64,000 nucleotides of DNA from an uncultured Burkholderiales bacterium (GCA_951812315.1 CATOSA010000036.1:1237-65236); one strand, 5' to 3'. Numbered from the stretch's first letter, positions 11,648 to 25,936 are shown. The notes: generated from the letters alone by a model not told the origin. Program-made: numbers and translations.

Positions 11648-12370
11648 CTAACTTTCTCCAATACATGCGAGGTATGCCTGTTCCAGATTGCTCGCGTTGT
11701 GATGCTGCTTCAGGTCGGCAGGCGTTCCGGCGAAACGAAGAACCCCGTTATGGAGTACTGCCATAGCGTCGCAAACTTCGTCGACGTCCGCCAATGAGTG
11801 CGACGTCAGAAAAATGGTGCGACCCGATGCCCTGGCCGCGCCAAGCGCCGCCTTGAACAGCGCGCGAGCTTTAGGGTCCAGTCCGCTGCTTGGTTCGTCG
11901 AGTATCAACATGTCGCGTCCGCTGAGCAGGCAACTTGAAATGCCGAGTTTCTGGGTCATTCCCTTGGACAGGGCCCGCACCGGTTTGGCCAATACGTCCG
12001 AATCCAGATCTACTGACGCAAGCGTTTCGATGCACTGTTCAAGATCGAATTTGCGCTGATACATACCGGCCATGTATTCCAGAAAATCTTTGCCGGTCAG
12101 ATAGTAGGGCGGAACGAACCTTTCGGGAAGAAACGTGAGCCGTTTGCGTGCTTCGGTACGCCGGCAGGGCACGCCAAAGATTGCAATATCGCCCGCATCG
12201 AAGTCACAAAACGCGAGCATGCATTTGATCAGGGTGGTTTTGCCGGCACCGTTTGCACCGACTAGGCCAAAGGTCGTTCCAGCTTGCACTTTAAGTGCCA
12301 GTGAAGATAGTGCCTCGGTCTTTCCGTACCGTTTGCTCAGTCCGGCAACAGCGGTGGCAGTCACATTCAT
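11648..12370 (-). CDS. ABC transporter ATP-binding protein (pilus-locus associated)
   Basis: GANGAGKT, LSKGM, LILDEP; no permease gene adjacent. Confidence 0.88.
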   Translation of the reverse strand: MNVTATAVAGLSKRYGKTEALSSLALKVQAGTTFGLVGANGAGKTTLIKCMLAFCDFDAGDIAIFGVPCRRTEARKRLTFLPERFVPPYYLTGKDFLEYMAGMYQRKFDLEQCIETLASVDLDSDVLAKPVRALSKGMTQKLGISSCLLSGRDMLILDEPSSGLDPKARALFKAALGAARASGRTIFLTSHSLADVDEVCDAMAVLHNGVLRFAGTPADLKQHHNASNLEQAYLACIGES

Positions 12371-12611
12371 TTGAGGGGCTGGAAGAAATTATCGTGCGAA
12401 GTGCACTGTATCGTGGGTGCGGAAATTTTGGACAATGCAATTTTGGCAGAAGCGGCAGCTTCCTGCGATCATGTACGTTTGGTCGGCCCACCGCAATCTG
12501 TTCAGCGCAACATTGTCGGCTGTGCTTTGCATGAGGTCCATCTGAACGGGCTGCGCCATGCTGTCATGTCCGTTAGAATACCAGCCGCAAGAATACAACC
12601 TCAAAGGCAAC

Positions 12612-13418
12612 GTGGATTCTGAATCCTTGGTCGAGTTTGACGGCGTCGATTTTTCCTATGGCGCGACGCCGATACTGCGCAACGTCAGCATCGGCTTTCC
12701 CAAAGGCAAGATTATTGCTATTATGGGTGGGAGCGGCTCGGGGAAAACGACCCTGTTGCGTCTGATCGGCGGGCAGCTTAAACCAGACCAGGGCACGGTG
12801 CGCTTCGAAGGCGATGCCATCAATTCGATGTCTCATGCTCGGCTGTACGCATTGCGCAGACGCATGGGCATGCTTTTTCAGTTTGGTGCGTTGTTTACCG
12901 ATTTGTCGGTATTCGAGAACGTCGCTTTTCCGTATCGCGAGCATTTGCAATTACCCGAGTCGATGATTCGCGATCTGGTGCTTATGAAGCTGCACGCCGT
13001 CGGTTTGCGCGGCGCACACGATTTAAAGCCTGCGGAACTGTCCGGAGGGATGGCGCGACGGGTTGCGCTCGCGCGCGCGATTGCCCTGGACCCGCGCCTG
13101 ATCATGTACGATGAACCGTTTGCCGGTCTGGATCCCATTTCTGTGGCAATCATCGCCAACCTTATCCGCCGTCTGAATTCGGCGTTAGGGGCGACGTCGA
13201 TCATCGTCACGCACGACCTCGAAGCGTCTTTCAAGATCGTCGATTATGTCTACTTCATTGCCGAGGGCGAGATCGTTGCGCAGGGAACACCGGAAGACTT
13301 GTACGAATCCGAAGAACCGTACGTGCAGCAGTTTGTCCAAGGGGAGAGCGATGGCCCGGTGCGCTTCCACTATCCCGCCGGCCGCTACGATGCGGATCTC
13401 GGAATGAGTGTCGAATGA
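12612..13418 (+). CDS. mlaF: Phospholipid ABC transporter ATPase
   Basis: [34 protein letters not shown]; GTG start chosen. Confidence 0.92.
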   Translation: MDSESLVEFDGVDFSYGATPILRNVSIGFPKGKIIAIMGGSGSGKTTLLRLIGGQLKPDQGTVRFEGDAINSMSHARLYALRRRMGMLFQFGALFTDLSVFENVAFPYREHLQLPESMIRDLVLMKLHAVGLRGAHDLKPAELSGGMARRVALARAIALDPRLIMYDEPFAGLDPISVAIIANLIRRLNSALGATSIIVTHDLEASFKIVDYVYFIAEGEIVAQGTPEDLYESEEPYVQQFVQGESDGPVRFHYPAGRYDADLGMSVE

Positions 13419-14209
13419 TTTCTTCCGTGGCCAGTGGGTTGCGGGTGATCGGACGGCTTACCGTCGACGGAATCTGGCACCTCGGTGCCGCGAGCCGTTT
13501 TATGAGCATCGTTTTGATGCGCTCTGCCATGACGTTCCGCCGGTATCGCCTGTTGATTGACGAGATCTACTTTGCCGGGGCATTGTCGCTGATCATCATC
13601 GTAGTGTCCGGTTTGTTTGTCGGCCTTGTTCTCGGTTTGCAGGGCTATGAAACGTTAAAGCGCTACGGATCGGCGGAAGCTGTCGGTACACTTGTTGCGC
13701 TTTCGCTTGTAAGAGAGCTTGGACCAGTTGTTTCTGCATTGTTGTTTGCCAGCCGCGCCGGTTCGGCGATTACCGCTGAAATCGGGATCATGAAATCTAC
13801 CCAGCAATTGTCGGCAATGGAAATGATGGCGGTTGATCCATATGCGCGCGTGGTCGCACCGATGTTCTGGGGGGGCTTCATATCGATGCCACTTCTTGCT
13901 GCGATTTTCAGCGCAATGGGTATATTTGGTGGCTACTTGATCACCGTTGTTGTCATCGGTGTTGATGCTGGCGCGTTCTGGTCACAAATGCAGGCCAATG
14001 TTGATTTTCGTGGTGACATTCTTAACGGCGTGATCAAGAGCGTTGTGTTCGGCGCTGCTGTCACCGCGATCGCCGTCTTCGAAGGCTATGATGCGCCGCC
14101 AACGGCTGAAGGCGTGTCGCATGCGGTCACACGCACGGTCGTGACGTCAGCGCTGACCGTGCTGGCACTGGATTTCGTGCTTACCGCGTTCATGTTTACT
14201 GGAGTCTGA
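13415..14209 (+). CDS. mlaE: Lipid asymmetry ABC permease
   Basis: [26 protein letters not shown]. Confidence 0.93.
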   Translation: MISSVASGLRVIGRLTVDGIWHLGAASRFMSIVLMRSAMTFRRYRLLIDEIYFAGALSLIIIVVSGLFVGLVLGLQGYETLKRYGSAEAVGTLVALSLVRELGPVVSALLFASRAGSAITAEIGIMKSTQQLSAMEMMAVDPYARVVAPMFWGGFISMPLLAAIFSAMGIFGGYLITVVVIGVDAGAFWSQMQANVDFRGDILNGVIKSVVFGAAVTAIAVFEGYDAPPTAEGVSHAVTRTVVTSALTVLALDFVLTAFMFTGV

Positions 14210-14212
14210 CTG

Positions 14213-14683
14213 ATGGAACGCAAGACGGTTGATTTATGGGTCGGCATATTCGTTGCGGCCGGCTTTATAGGCTTGCTGGTGCTTGCGCTTAAAGTAGGGA
14301 ACGCAAGCACGGTCAAGGTGTCAGACGGCTATACGATTACCGCGGATTTTGACAATATTGGCGGTCTCAGAGCGCGAGCGCCGGTCAGAAGTGCAGGCGT
14401 CGTAGTCGGTCGTGTCGAATACGTCGGTTTCAGCAATGAAACGCTGCGCGCGAAAGTGATCATGCGAATCGATAATCGCTACGAATTTCCAAAGGATAGT
14501 TCGCTTTCGATTCTGACTTCAGGGCTACTCGGCGACCAGTTTATCGGGATTGATGGTGGTGCCGATACCGAACTGCTCGAAGATGGCGATCAGGTACGAT
14601 TGACTCAATCTGCAATTGTTCTTGAGAAGGTGATTGGCCAGTTCCTGTACGGCAAGGCCGTCGATGGTGGATCGGGAAATTGA
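14213..14683 (+). CDS. mlaD: MCE-domain lipid-binding protein
   Basis: FDNIGGLRARAPV, TSGLLGDQFI. Confidence 0.93.
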   Translation: MERKTVDLWVGIFVAAGFIGLLVLALKVGNASTVKVSDGYTITADFDNIGGLRARAPVRSAGVVVGRVEYVGFSNETLRAKVIMRIDNRYEFPKDSSLSILTSGLLGDQFIGIDGGADTELLEDGDQVRLTQSAIVLEKVIGQFLYGKAVDGGSGN

Positions 14684-14749
14684 TTTCGTGCGTCAGTCCG
14701 GCGGCAAATTGAATTCGCACGCAAATTGAGTTCGCCGGAAAATCTATAA

Positions 14750-15403
14750 ATGGAGATATCGAAAATGAACGCTGTGTCTAAACCCTTGCTGGTCATGTTT
14801 ATCTGGCTCGTTGGAGGGCTGTCACTGGTGATGGCGGCGTCACCTCCTCCGGACCAGTTGGTTAAGCAGACCATCGATGAAGTTCTGGCGATCATTCGTA
14901 GTGACGAACAGGTTCAATCGGGCGACGTTGCACGGATAGCGGAAGTCATGGAAGAGAAAATTGCGCCGCACTTCGATTTTCCGAGAATGACCAGACTTGC
15001 TGTCGGCCGCCCATGGCGCGACGCGACCCCGGAGCAGCGGCGAGCGCTCGTCAATGAGTTTCACAATCTGCTGATCAGAACCTACGCGAGCGCATTCAGC
15101 ATGTTCAATGCGATTTCCATCGAATACAGACCATTACGCATGGAAGAAGGGGCTACGAACGCCAAGGTGAATACGCTCATCCGTTTGCCGGGTGGCGCGC
15201 AGCCGATAGGGGTCGACTATGCGATGAAGCTGAAAGACGATGGCTGGAAAGTCTACGATGTGACTGTTGCCGGTGCCAGCATGATTATCAATTATCGGAA
15301 TCTTTTTTCGGAGGAAATACAGCGCGGCGGCCTCGACGGCTTATTGACGAGTCTGCAGGAGAAGAATGCCGGAGGCCTGTCAACAGCGGCTGGGGCACAA
15401 TGA
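14750..15403 (+). CDS. mlaC: Periplasmic phospholipid shuttle
   Basis: FDFPRMTRLAVG, WKVYDV; signal peptide. Confidence 0.9.
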   Translation: MEISKMNAVSKPLLVMFIWLVGGLSLVMAASPPPDQLVKQTIDEVLAIIRSDEQVQSGDVARIAEVMEEKIAPHFDFPRMTRLAVGRPWRDATPEQRRALVNEFHNLLIRTYASAFSMFNAISIEYRPLRMEEGATNAKVNTLIRLPGGAQPIGVDYAMKLKDDGWKVYDVTVAGASMIINYRNLFSEEIQRGGLDGLLTSLQEKNAGGLSTAAGAQ

Positions 15404-15690
15404 TCAGGGAGCAGGACGGACGACTTCACGTCAGCGGGCCGGTCACGCTTGAAAATGCGGTGGCGCTGCGTGAACAAAGTGAACAGTATTTCAATCGTCC
15501 ACAGTTACTATTTGATTTTTCCGAAGCACGCGAGATTGATTCAGCGGCAGTGAGTCTGATGCTGGAATGGTCGCGCAAGGCACGCGCGACAGGGTGTGAA
15601 GTGCGCTTTGCGAACCTTGGGGAATCAATTGTAAGTCTGACGGACCTTTACGGCGTTGACGATCTGATCCCTGCCGACGCCGCGAAATAG
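15400..15690 (+). CDS. mlaB: STAS-domain protein
   Basis: IDSAAVSLMLEW, LYGV; operon position. Confidence 0.88.
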   Translation: MIREQDGRLHVSGPVTLENAVALREQSEQYFNRPQLLFDFSEAREIDSAAVSLMLEWSRKARATGCEVRFANLGESIVSLTDLYGVDDLIPADAAK

Positions 15691-15772
15691 CGCATTTTCA
15701 GAGCGCCGGCCTTAGCGCTGAGCGGCGCCGGCGCCTAATCCATGAAGAACGTCTGTACAAAGACGCCGCAAC

Positions 15773-16675
15773 ATGTTGCCAGCCATTGAAATACATAATT
15801 TGAGCAAAGCCTACGGTGCCGTACAGGCATTGCCGACGATAGATCTGGACATTCCGCAAGGCGAGTTTTTCGCGTTACTTGGCCCTAACGGCGCCGGAAA
15901 AACCACCTTGATCAGTCTGATCGCGGGTCTCTCCAAGGCGGACGCTGGCTACGTACGAGTCATGGGGCACGATGTGATCAGGGATTATCGCCAGTCGCGC
16001 CGTGCGCTAGGCGTTGTGCCGCAGGAGTTGGTTTTCGATCCTTTCTTTTCAGTCATCGAGACACTGCGTCTGCAGTCCGGCTACTATGGGCTGCGCCGTA
16101 ATCAGCAATGGATCGATGAAATTCTCCACAATCTTGATTTGACCTCCAAGGCGGACGCAAATATGCGCGCTCTGTCGGGCGGCATGAAGCGCCGCGTTCT
16201 GGTGGCGCAGGCGCTTGTTCATAAACCGCCCGTTATTATCCTGGATGAGCCAACCGCCGGTGTCGATGTCGATCTTCGCCAGGGCCTGTGGGAATTCATC
16301 CACAAGCTCAACAGTGACGGTCATACCATTGTCCTGACCACACATTATCTGGAGGAGGCGGAAACGCTGTGTACGCGTATCGGAATGTTGAAACAGGGGC
16401 GAATGGTTGCACTTGACTCGACTGATAATCTCCTCAAGCGATTTTCCGGGTTGAAAATGCGGGTACGTATGGTCGGGGGGGCACCGCCCGAATCACTTCG
16501 TCCGTTACTCGCGGCGCCGGCCACGACTGACGAGTGGGTGCTCGCTCTGCGCGACTACGCGCACGCAGAGCAAGTGCTCGCAGAACTGCGCAAGAGCGAA
16601 CGGGAAATTGCCGGTATGGAGTTGACGCAGCCGGATCTCGAGGAGGTCTTCGTGTCAATCATGCGCGGAGAGTAG
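15773..16675 (+). CDS. yadG: ABC transporter ATP-binding protein (YadG-like)
   Basis: GPNGAGKT, GVVPQELVFDPF, LSGGMKRR. Confidence 0.8.
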   Translation: MLPAIEIHNLSKAYGAVQALPTIDLDIPQGEFFALLGPNGAGKTTLISLIAGLSKADAGYVRVMGHDVIRDYRQSRRALGVVPQELVFDPFFSVIETLRLQSGYYGLRRNQQWIDEILHNLDLTSKADANMRALSGGMKRRVLVAQALVHKPPVIILDEPTAGVDVDLRQGLWEFIHKLNSDGHTIVLTTHYLEEAETLCTRIGMLKQGRMVALDSTDNLLKRFSGLKMRVRMVGGAPPESLRPLLAAPATTDEWVLALRDYAHAEQVLAELRKSEREIAGMELTQPDLEEVFVSIMRGE

Positions 16676-16678
16676 AAG

Positions 16679-17437
16679 TTGCGCGGCTTTCTGACATTGT
16701 TCTACAAGGAGCTTCTCCGCTTCTGGAAAGTTGGTTTCCAGACGGTGGCTGCACCAATTTTGACCGCGATTCTCTACCTTCTGATTTTCTCGCACGTGCT
16801 CGAGGGACGCGTACAGGTCTATCCTGGAGTCAGCTATGGCGCGTTCCTGATACCTGGACTGGCGATGATGTCGATTTTGCAAAACGCGTTTGCGAATTCG
16901 TCTTCAAGCATTGCCCAGTCGAAAATCACCGGCAACATCGTCTTCATTTTGTTGCCTCCGCTGTCTCATTTCGAGTTCTATCTCGCGTATGTTCTCGCCT
17001 CGTGCGTGCGCGCCCTGGCAGTTGGCACGGGGGTTGTGCTTGCGACATCGCTGCTTTTTGTATCGTTGCCATTGGAACAACCAGTGTGGATCGTTGTGTT
17101 TGCGGTCCTTGGCGCCGCGATGCTGGGGACCCTGGGAATGGTCGCCGGCATCTGGGCCGAAAAGTTTGACCAGATCGCCGCGTTCCAGAATTTCATCATT
17201 ATTCCGCTGACGTTTCTGTCCGGGGTGTTCTACTCGATCCGTCCACTTCCGGAATTCTGGCAGAACGTATCGAAGTTGAACCCGTTCTTCTACATGATCG
17301 ACGGGTTCCGGTTCGGTTTCTTCGGCATCTCCGACGTTTCGCCATATTTGAGCCTGGCGATTGTCGGCAGTGCCCTTTTGGCCTTATCATGCGCGGCCTT
17401 ACTGATGATCACGCGTGGCTACAAGCTGCGCGCATAG
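16679..17437 (+). CDS. yadH: ABC-2 permease (YadH-like)
   Basis: PLTFLSGVFYS, NPFFYMIDGFR. Confidence 0.8.
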   Translation: MRGFLTLFYKELLRFWKVGFQTVAAPILTAILYLLIFSHVLEGRVQVYPGVSYGAFLIPGLAMMSILQNAFANSSSSIAQSKITGNIVFILLPPLSHFEFYLAYVLASCVRALAVGTGVVLATSLLFVSLPLEQPVWIVVFAVLGAAMLGTLGMVAGIWAEKFDQIAAFQNFIIIPLTFLSGVFYSIRPLPEFWQNVSKLNPFFYMIDGFRFGFFGISDVSPYLSLAIVGSALLALSCAALLMITRGYKLRA

Positions 17438-17459
17438 TTTAATCCTGCCACCCAAACCC

Positions 17460-18963
<1,504 letters not shown>

Positions 18964-19155
18964 GAAAACTTTCGGCGAAGCCAAGCGCGAAGCGGACATA
19001 TTTCAAGCGTACAAGTAGAGATCAAGCATCGGGCTTGCTGGATAGCGCCCAAGGCGTAGAAACGGTCGGCGCGGTCCAATGCGTCCTGCGTTCAAGATAC
19101 TATGCTGGGAAATTGGTCCGGTTAATGCATTTGTTCAAGAGATGAGAATCCTGTT

Positions 19156-19821
19156 TTGGTAAGCGATACAACCACTATTACGCTGGCACTTTCGAAAGGC
19201 CGGATATACGACGAGACGCTGCCGCTGCTTGAGACGGCCGGGATTCAGCCGCTGGACGATCCCGAAACATCCCGCAAACTGCTGATCGCCACCAATCGGG
19301 CGGATGTAAAAATCATCATCGTGCGCGCGTCCGATGTTCCTACGTACGTACAGTACGGGGCTGCCGACCTCGGGATCGCCGGGAAAGATGTTTTGCTCGA
19401 GCACGGCGGTGAAGGCTTGTATCAACCCCTGGATCTTGAAATTGCGCGCTGCCGCATGATGGTCGCTGTCGAGAACGAGTTCGATTACGAGTCGGCTGTT
19501 CGGCAAGGTGCGCGTCTGCGAGTTGCGACGAAGTATCTCAACACCGCGCGGGCACACTTCGGATCGAAAGGTGTGCACGTCGATTTGATCAAGCTGTATG
19601 GATCAATGGAACTCGCCCCGCTGGTTGGACTTGCCGAGGCAATCGTTGATCTGGTGTCGAGTGGAAATACATTAAAAGCCAACAATCTGCGCGCTGTCGA
19701 AGAGATCATGCCGATCAGTTCCCGGCTGATCGTTAATCAGGCTGCGCTCAAACTCAAGCGTCATCTTTTGCAGCCGATGCTTGACTCATTTTCAGAGGCA
19801 GTCGGCAAGGTGTCCCGATGA
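19156..19821 (+). CDS. hisG: ATP phosphoribosyltransferase (short form)
   Basis: [29 protein letters not shown]. Confidence 0.95.
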   Translation: MVSDTTTITLALSKGRIYDETLPLLETAGIQPLDDPETSRKLLIATNRADVKIIIVRASDVPTYVQYGAADLGIAGKDVLLEHGGEGLYQPLDLEIARCRMMVAVENEFDYESAVRQGARLRVATKYLNTARAHFGSKGVHVDLIKLYGSMELAPLVGLAEAIVDLVSSGNTLKANNLRAVEEIMPISSRLIVNQAALKLKRHLLQPMLDSFSEAVGKVSR

Positions 19822-21119
19822 GCTTGATTGGCAGACTGTCTACCCAAGACCGCGATTTTTCCGAACGATTGCAAGCGCTGCTGTCTTTCGAGGAGACGCA
19901 GGACGCGGCCGTCGAGTCGGCGGTCACCGAAATCCTGCTTGCCGTGCGTAGCCGTGGCGACCAGGCGGTTCTGGAGTACACCGCCCGATTCGATGGCCTC
20001 AGCGCGGACAACATGGATGCACTGCGCTTGCAGCCTGATGTATTGCAGCGCGCACTGAATGCACTGCCGGCTGTGCAACGCGATGCACTTGAGGCAGCGG
20101 CAGCACGCATCCGCGCCTTCCATGAAAGACAAAGCGCGAGCTCGTGGAGCTATTCCGAGCCGGACGGCACTGCGCTCGGGCAGAAAGTTACGGCTCTTGA
20201 TCGCGTAGGCGTGTACGTGCCGGGCGGCAAGGCCGCGTACCCATCTACCGTACTGATGAACACGATTCCGGCCAAAGTGGCTGGCGTCCGCGAGGTTGTA
20301 ATGGTTGTTCCGACACCGGCTGGACGGCGCAACGACCTGGTGCTCGCGGCAGCCCATATCGCCGGCGTTGACTGTGTGTTCACGATTGGCGGCGCGCAGG
20401 CAATTGCAGCACTTGCGTACGGAACCAGCAGTATTCCCCAGGTCGACAAGATTGTCGGTCCAGGCAATGCTTATGTGGCCGCAGCCAAGCGCCGCGTATT
20501 TGGCGTGGTGGGCATCGACATGGTGGCCGGGCCTTCCGAGATTCTGGTTATTTGCGATGGCGCGACCGATCCCGACTGGATTGCGATGGACTTGTTTTCA
20601 CAGGCGGAGCATGACGAGATGGCGCAGGCAATATTGCTCTGTCCGGATGCGAATTTCATTGACAAGGTTGCCGCGAGTGTTGCGCGTCAATTGGGTGGCA
20701 TGCCGCGCCGGCAAATTATTGAGGCGTCTCTGGCTGCTCGCGGGGCGTTGATCCAGGTCGTTGATCTGGAGGAGGCATGTGATATCGCCAATCAGATTGC
20801 GCCCGAACACCTCGAATTGTCTGTCAAGAACCCACAGCGCTTGCTCGAGCGCGTCCGGAACGCAGGTGCAGTGTTTCTCGGACGCTACACTTCAGAGTCT
20901 CTCGGGGATTATTGCGCCGGTCCCAATCATGTGCTCCCGACATCCCGGTCCGCGCGTTTTTCTTCGCCTCTTGGCGTCTACGATTTTCAGAAACGGACCA
21001 GCGTGATTGACGTGTCGAAGGCCGGCGCGCAGACACTGGGGCTGATTGCGGCCGAATTGGCGCAGGGTGAGGGGTTGCCTGCCCACGCAGAGGCAGCGCG
21101 TCTGCGTATGGATCAATGA
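19818..21119 (+). CDS. hisD: Histidinol dehydrogenase
   Basis: [33 protein letters not shown]. Confidence 0.96.
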   Translation: MSLIGRLSTQDRDFSERLQALLSFEETQDAAVESAVTEILLAVRSRGDQAVLEYTARFDGLSADNMDALRLQPDVLQRALNALPAVQRDALEAAAARIRAFHERQSASSWSYSEPDGTALGQKVTALDRVGVYVPGGKAAYPSTVLMNTIPAKVAGVREVVMVVPTPAGRRNDLVLAAAHIAGVDCVFTIGGAQAIAALAYGTSSIPQVDKIVGPGNAYVAAAKRRVFGVVGIDMVAGPSEILVICDGATDPDWIAMDLFSQAEHDEMAQAILLCPDANFIDKVAASVARQLGGMPRRQIIEASLAARGALIQVVDLEEACDIANQIAPEHLELSVKNPQRLLERVRNAGAVFLGRYTSESLGDYCAGPNHVLPTSRSARFSSPLGVYDFQKRTSVIDVSKAGAQTLGLIAAELAQGEGLPAHAEAARLRMDQ

Positions 21120-22177
21120 GCTGTTTCTGGAGTGACATCGTTCATCGTCTGACGCCGTATTTTCCAGGTGAACAGACCGAAAGCGCCGATGTTGTCAAAC
21201 TCAACACGAACGAAAATCCGTATGGCCCCAGTCCGCGTGTGTTTGACGCATTGCGCGCAGGTATCGACGACTCATTACGTCTGTATCCGGATCCCGCCAG
21301 TACCCGGCTGCGCGAGGCAATCGCCAGGCGTCATGACGTAACGCCAACGCAAGTTTTCGTTGGGAACGGCTCGGATGAAGTCCTTGCGCACACGTTTCGG
21401 GCTTTACTCATGCAAAGCGCGCCGGTGCTGTTTCCGGACATTACGTACAGTTTTTATCCGGTGTACTGCAAACTGTTTGGTGCCAAATACAAGGAAATCC
21501 CGCTCGGGGAAGCATTCCAGATCGATGTTGACGCCTATTTTCAGGATAACGGCGGAATTATTTTCCCCAATCCGAACGCGCCGACCGGGCGAGGGTTGGC
21601 GGTCTCAGAAATCGAACGATTGCTAAAATCGAACACGGAATCAGTGGTGGTCATAGACGAAGCGTATGTCGATTTCGGGTGCCAGTCGGTTGTGCCGCTA
21701 GTGCATGTGTATCCACAGTTGCTGGTGACCCACACATTATCGAAATCGCACGCATTGGCAGGACTGCGCGTCGGATATGCAATCGGGCACCCTGATCTCG
21801 TCGCTGCGCTTGATCGGGTCAAGAACAGCTTCAACTCTTACCCGCTGGATCGTCTGGCGCAGAGTGCTGCCATCGCAGCAATTGAAGATCGCGAGCATCT
21901 CCAGGCCACGTGCGGCAAGATTGTCGCAAGTCGTACCGCTCTGGGAACTGCGCTGCAGGACCTTGGGCTCGAAGTGCTGCCGTCGGACGCCAATTTTGTG
22001 CTGGTTCGCCATCCGGAGCGCGACGCTGCCGAATTGTCGGCCCGTCTTCGTGAGCGCAACGTTATCGTTCGGCACTTTCGCAAACCGCCTCGAATCGCGC
22101 CGTTTATTCGTGTCACGGTAGGTACAGATGCGCAGTGCGAAGAACTGATCGCGGCCTTGCGGAAGATTTTGAAATAG
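21116..22177 (+). CDS. hisC: Histidinol-phosphate aminotransferase
   Basis: [33 protein letters not shown]. Confidence 0.94.
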   Translation: MSCFWSDIVHRLTPYFPGEQTESADVVKLNTNENPYGPSPRVFDALRAGIDDSLRLYPDPASTRLREAIARRHDVTPTQVFVGNGSDEVLAHTFRALLMQSAPVLFPDITYSFYPVYCKLFGAKYKEIPLGEAFQIDVDAYFQDNGGIIFPNPNAPTGRGLAVSEIERLLKSNTESVVVIDEAYVDFGCQSVVPLVHVYPQLLVTHTLSKSHALAGLRVGYAIGHPDLVAALDRVKNSFNSYPLDRLAQSAAIAAIEDREHLQATCGKIVASRTALGTALQDLGLEVLPSDANFVLVRHPERDAAELSARLRERNVIVRHFRKPPRIAPFIRVTVGTDAQCEELIAALRKILK

Positions 22178-22252
22178 GCCAGATGATTGTGCTTATGGCT
22201 CCCGCGGCTACAATTTTGGGTTAGCATTGAATTAGTAAACCAATTACTCGTG

Positions 22253-22840
22253 ATGCGCAAAGCACAAGTCACACGCAATACGCTGGAGACGCAAATCCAG
22301 GTTGAACTCAACCTGGATGGCGACGGAAACTCGCAGTTGTCGTCCGGCATCGGATTTCTGGACCACATGCTCGATCAGGTTGCCCGGCATGGCCTGATCG
22401 ACCTCACCGTGCAAGCTAAGGGCGACTTGCATATCGATGCACATCACACCGTGGAAGATGTCGGGATAACCATGGGCCAGGCCTTCTACAAGGCTGTCGG
22501 CGACAAAAAGGGCGTGCGTCGCTACGGTCATGCCTATGTTCCGCTTGACGAGGCGTTGTCGCGGGTAGTTGTTGACTTGTCCGGCCGGCCGGGCCTGAAG
22601 TACAACGTCGCGTATGTACGTGGGCTTATCGGTGAATTTGACGTCGATCTGATTCGCGAATTCTTCCAGGGTTTCGTCAATCATGCCCAGGTGACGCTGC
22701 ATGTCGACAATCTGACGGGGGATAATGCGCACCACCAGGCCGAAACCATATTCAAGGCGTTTGGACGGGCGTTGCGTATGGCAGTCGAACTGGATCCCCG
22801 AAGCAGTGCAAGTTTGCCTTCGACCAAAGGGCGCCTCTAG
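22253..22840 (+). CDS. hisB: Imidazoleglycerol-phosphate dehydratase
   Basis: [21 protein letters not shown]. Confidence 0.96.
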   Translation: MRKAQVTRNTLETQIQVELNLDGDGNSQLSSGIGFLDHMLDQVARHGLIDLTVQAKGDLHIDAHHTVEDVGITMGQAFYKAVGDKKGVRRYGHAYVPLDEALSRVVVDLSGRPGLKYNVAYVRGLIGEFDVDLIREFFQGFVNHAQVTLHVDNLTGDNAHHQAETIFKAFGRALRMAVELDPRSSASLPSTKGRL

Positions 22841-22861
22841 GAATTTGAATCGTTCGGGCTT

Positions 22862-23545
22862 ATGGCCAATATCGCAGTAGTCGACTATGGAATGGGCAAT
22901 CTTCGTTCGGTCGCGAAGGCGCTCGAACATGTTGCGCCCGAGAGTTCGGTCATCGTTACGGCCAATGCGGAGGAACTCGGCAAGGCGGACCGGATTGTGT
23001 TCCCGGGCCAGGGTGCCATGCCCGACTGTATGCGCGAAGTCGATGTGCGTGGATTGCGCGAACCATTGTTGGAAGCTGCTGCATGTAAGCCGTTTCTCGG
23101 CTTATGTATCGGATTGCAGATGCTGTTTGAGCACAGTGAAGAAGGTGACATCGAGGGTCTGGGCATTTTGCCGGGGCGTGTTGTGCGTTTTCCGGCTGAG
23201 CGCATGCAAGATGGTGCGGGAAACAAGCTCAAGGTACCGCACATGGGATGGAACAACGTTTACCAGAAGCAGTCTCATCCAATGTGGGACGGAATTGACG
23301 ACGGCAGCCAGTTCTATTTTGTTCACAGCTTCTATGTTGAGCCGTCTGACCCGGCGATCGCTGCCGGCGAAACGCATTATCCGTTTGCCTTTACCTGTGC
23401 GGCCGCACGCAATAATATTTTTGCCGTTCAGTTTCATCCTGAAAAAAGCCAGTCCACTGGACTCAGGCTGTTGTCCAATTTTGTACGCTGGAGCGGATCG
23501 ACCGATGCGCCCGCAGACAAGGCGGCCAGAACCGCAATCGTTTGA
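22862..23545 (+). CDS. hisH: IGP synthase glutaminase subunit
   Basis: DYGMGNLRS, GLCIGLQ, QFHPEKS. Confidence 0.96.
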   Translation: MANIAVVDYGMGNLRSVAKALEHVAPESSVIVTANAEELGKADRIVFPGQGAMPDCMREVDVRGLREPLLEAAACKPFLGLCIGLQMLFEHSEEGDIEGLGILPGRVVRFPAERMQDGAGNKLKVPHMGWNNVYQKQSHPMWDGIDDGSQFYFVHSFYVEPSDPAIAAGETHYPFAFTCAAARNNIFAVQFHPEKSQSTGLRLLSNFVRWSGSTDAPADKAARTAIV

Positions 23546-23649
23546 GTCTGGCTCATCGATGAATTGCAATCCAATCATCCATGTAGTGACGAATGCCGCT
23601 CGGGCGGCTTGTTTCCTTACTTGAAAAAACCGTTAATAGACTCCCAATC

Positions 23650-24408
23650 ATGCTAATCATTCCAGCTATCGATCTGAAAGATGGTCATTGTGTTCGCCTG
23701 AAACAAGGCGAGATGGATGACGCGACCGTATTCTCGGATGACCCGGAAGCCATGGCTCGCCACTGGCTTGCTCAAGGCGCCAAGCGCCTGCATCTTGTGG
23801 ACCTCAATGGCGCCTTCGACGGCAAGCCACGCAACGAGGAAGCAATCAAGTCGGTGGTAGAGGCTGTTGGAGAAGATGTCCCGGTGCAACTCGGTGGCGG
23901 AATTCGCGATCTGGATACGATTGAACGCTATCTTGACGATGGCGTGTCCTACATTGTTGTCGGCACTGCGGCGGTCAAAACGCCAGGCTTTTTGCATGAC
24001 GCCTGCTATGCGTTCCCCGGGCATGTGATCGTCGGACTCGACGCCAGGGACGGCAAGGTTGCGGTAGAAGGATGGTCAAAAATGACTGGACATGACGTCA
24101 TCGATCTTGCGCAGAAGTTTCAGGATTACGGTGTAGAGGCAATCATTTATACCGATATTGGACGTGACGGGATGATGACTGGTCTGAATATTGAAGCTAC
24201 CGTCGAACTGGCGCGCGCGCTTACTGTTCCGGTTATCGCCAGCGGAGGTATCACCTCGATCAAGGATATTGAAAAGTTGTGTGCAATCGAGGAAGAGGGT
24301 GTCGTCGGCGCAATTACAGGTCGAGCGATATATGAGGGGACGCTCGATTTCGAAGCCGCGCAGAAGCTCGCACTTGAACTCAGTGAACCCAGTGAGAAAG
24401 GATCTTAG
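23650..24408 (+). CDS. hisA: ProFAR isomerase
   Basis: [25 protein letters not shown]. Confidence 0.96.
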   Translation: MLIIPAIDLKDGHCVRLKQGEMDDATVFSDDPEAMARHWLAQGAKRLHLVDLNGAFDGKPRNEEAIKSVVEAVGEDVPVQLGGGIRDLDTIERYLDDGVSYIVVGTAAVKTPGFLHDACYAFPGHVIVGLDARDGKVAVEGWSKMTGHDVIDLAQKFQDYGVEAIIYTDIGRDGMMTGLNIEATVELARALTVPVIASGGITSIKDIEKLCAIEEEGVVGAITGRAIYEGTLDFEAAQKLALELSEPSEKGS

Positions 24409-24450
24409 GTTCATCGGACCGCTAGCGTCTGAATCGAACCTTGATAACTG

Positions 24451-25221
24451 ATGGGCCTTTCCAAACGAATTATTCCTTGCCTCGACGTCACTGGAGGGCG
24501 CGTTGTCAAGGGCGTGAACTTTGTCGGTCTCAGAGACGCAGGCGACCCGGTTGAAATTGCGAGACGTTACGATCAGCAGGGCGCGGACGAATTGTGTTTC
24601 CTGGACATCACTGCAAGTAGCGACGACCGTGGACTAATCATTCAGGTTATCGAGGACGTCGCCTCCCAGGTGTTTATTCCACTGACCGTTGGTGGTGGGG
24701 TTCGTGAAGTAAACGATGTCCGGAGGCTACTCAATGCCGGCGCCGACAAGGTGAGCATCAACACGGCAGCAGTGCTGAATCCGGCGCTCGTTTCAAATGC
24801 GGCAGGTCGTGTCGGGTCGCAGTGTATTGTTGTTGCGATCGATGCTCGCCGTATCGTGGACTCGTCACCGCTTCGCTGGGAAGTATTTACCCACGGGGGG
24901 CGCAAGCCGACAGGGATCGATGCAATCGAGTGGGGACGGCGCATGCAGGACGCGGGTGCAGGTGAAATATTGTTGACGAGCATGGATCGTGACGGAACCA
25001 GGGAAGGTTTCGATCTTGAACTGACGCGCGCATTTTCAGACAGTCTGGATGTGCCTATCATCGCCAGCGGGGGCGTTGGTGGCTTGCAGGACTTTGTGAA
25101 CGGCGTGCAGGCAGGTGGTGCGGACGCGCTGCTCGCGGCGAGCGTATTCCACTATTCAGAGCTGACCGTTGGTGAGGTCAAGCAAAGTCTGGCCGATTCA
25201 GGCGTAGAGGTGCGAGTGTGA
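24451..25221 (+). CDS. hisF: IGP synthase cyclase subunit
   Basis: [17 protein letters not shown]. Confidence 0.96.
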   Translation: MGLSKRIIPCLDVTGGRVVKGVNFVGLRDAGDPVEIARRYDQQGADELCFLDITASSDDRGLIIQVIEDVASQVFIPLTVGGGVREVNDVRRLLNAGADKVSINTAAVLNPALVSNAAGRVGSQCIVVAIDARRIVDSSPLRWEVFTHGGRKPTGIDAIEWGRRMQDAGAGEILLTSMDRDGTREGFDLELTRAFSDSLDVPIIASGGVGGLQDFVNGVQAGGADALLAASVFHYSELTVGEVKQSLADSGVEVRV

Positions 25222-25610
25222 GCATAGAATGGCTGGACGAAGTCAAGTGGGACGAGAAAGGGCTTGTGCCAGCCATTGCGCAAGATGCCAGCAGTGGCAA
25301 GGTGTTGATGGTTGCATGGATGGATCGCCAAGCGCTGACGGAAACAGTTAGAACGGATCGAGCCGTATACTGGTCACGGTCGCGCTCGCGCCTCTGGTGC
25401 AAAGGGGAAGAATCAGGGCATATTCAAAGCGTCAAGAATATTTGCCTGGATTGCGATGGTGATGTGGTGCTGCTGGAGGTCGAACAGGCAGGCGGAATCG
25501 CCTGCCATACCGGTCGTGCGCACTGTTTCCATCGGAAGCTGGAAGCCGATGAGTGGGTGATCACGGAACCGGTATTACGGGATCCGGGCCTGATTTACAA
25601 AAGAAAATGA
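25218..25610 (+). CDS. hisI: Phosphoribosyl-AMP cyclohydrolase
   Basis: KGEESGH, DCDGD, ACHTG. Confidence 0.95.
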   Translation: MSIEWLDEVKWDEKGLVPAIAQDASSGKVLMVAWMDRQALTETVRTDRAVYWSRSRSRLWCKGEESGHIQSVKNICLDCDGDVVLLEVEQAGGIACHTGRAHCFHRKLEADEWVITEPVLRDPGLIYKRK

Positions 25611-25936
25611 CTGATATTGAGATTCTCCGTCGAATTGCAGGCGTAATTGATTCGCGACGTAACGCTGATGCAAGCAGTTCGTACGTCGCCAAGCTGTTTG
25701 GGCAGGGGCACGACGCCATTCTCAAGAAAGTCGCCGAGGAGTCTGCAGAGACGCTTCTGGCGGCGAAAGACGGTGATAAACTGCATTTGGTTCGCGAAAC
25801 TGCAGACCTCTGGTTTCACAGCCTGGTAATGCTTTCGTACCACGGGCTCGGTCCCGACGACGTGCTCGACGAATTGAGCCGCCGGGAAGGCATATCAGGC
25901 ATTGAGGAGAAGGAAAGCCGTCAAGTGCCGGACTGA
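25607..25936 (+). CDS. hisE: Phosphoribosyl-ATP diphosphatase
   Basis: [24 protein letters not shown]. Confidence 0.94.
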   Translation: MTDIEILRRIAGVIDSRRNADASSSYVAKLFGQGHDAILKKVAEESAETLLAAKDGDKLHLVRETADLWFHSLVMLSYHGLGPDDVLDELSRREGISGIEEKESRQVPD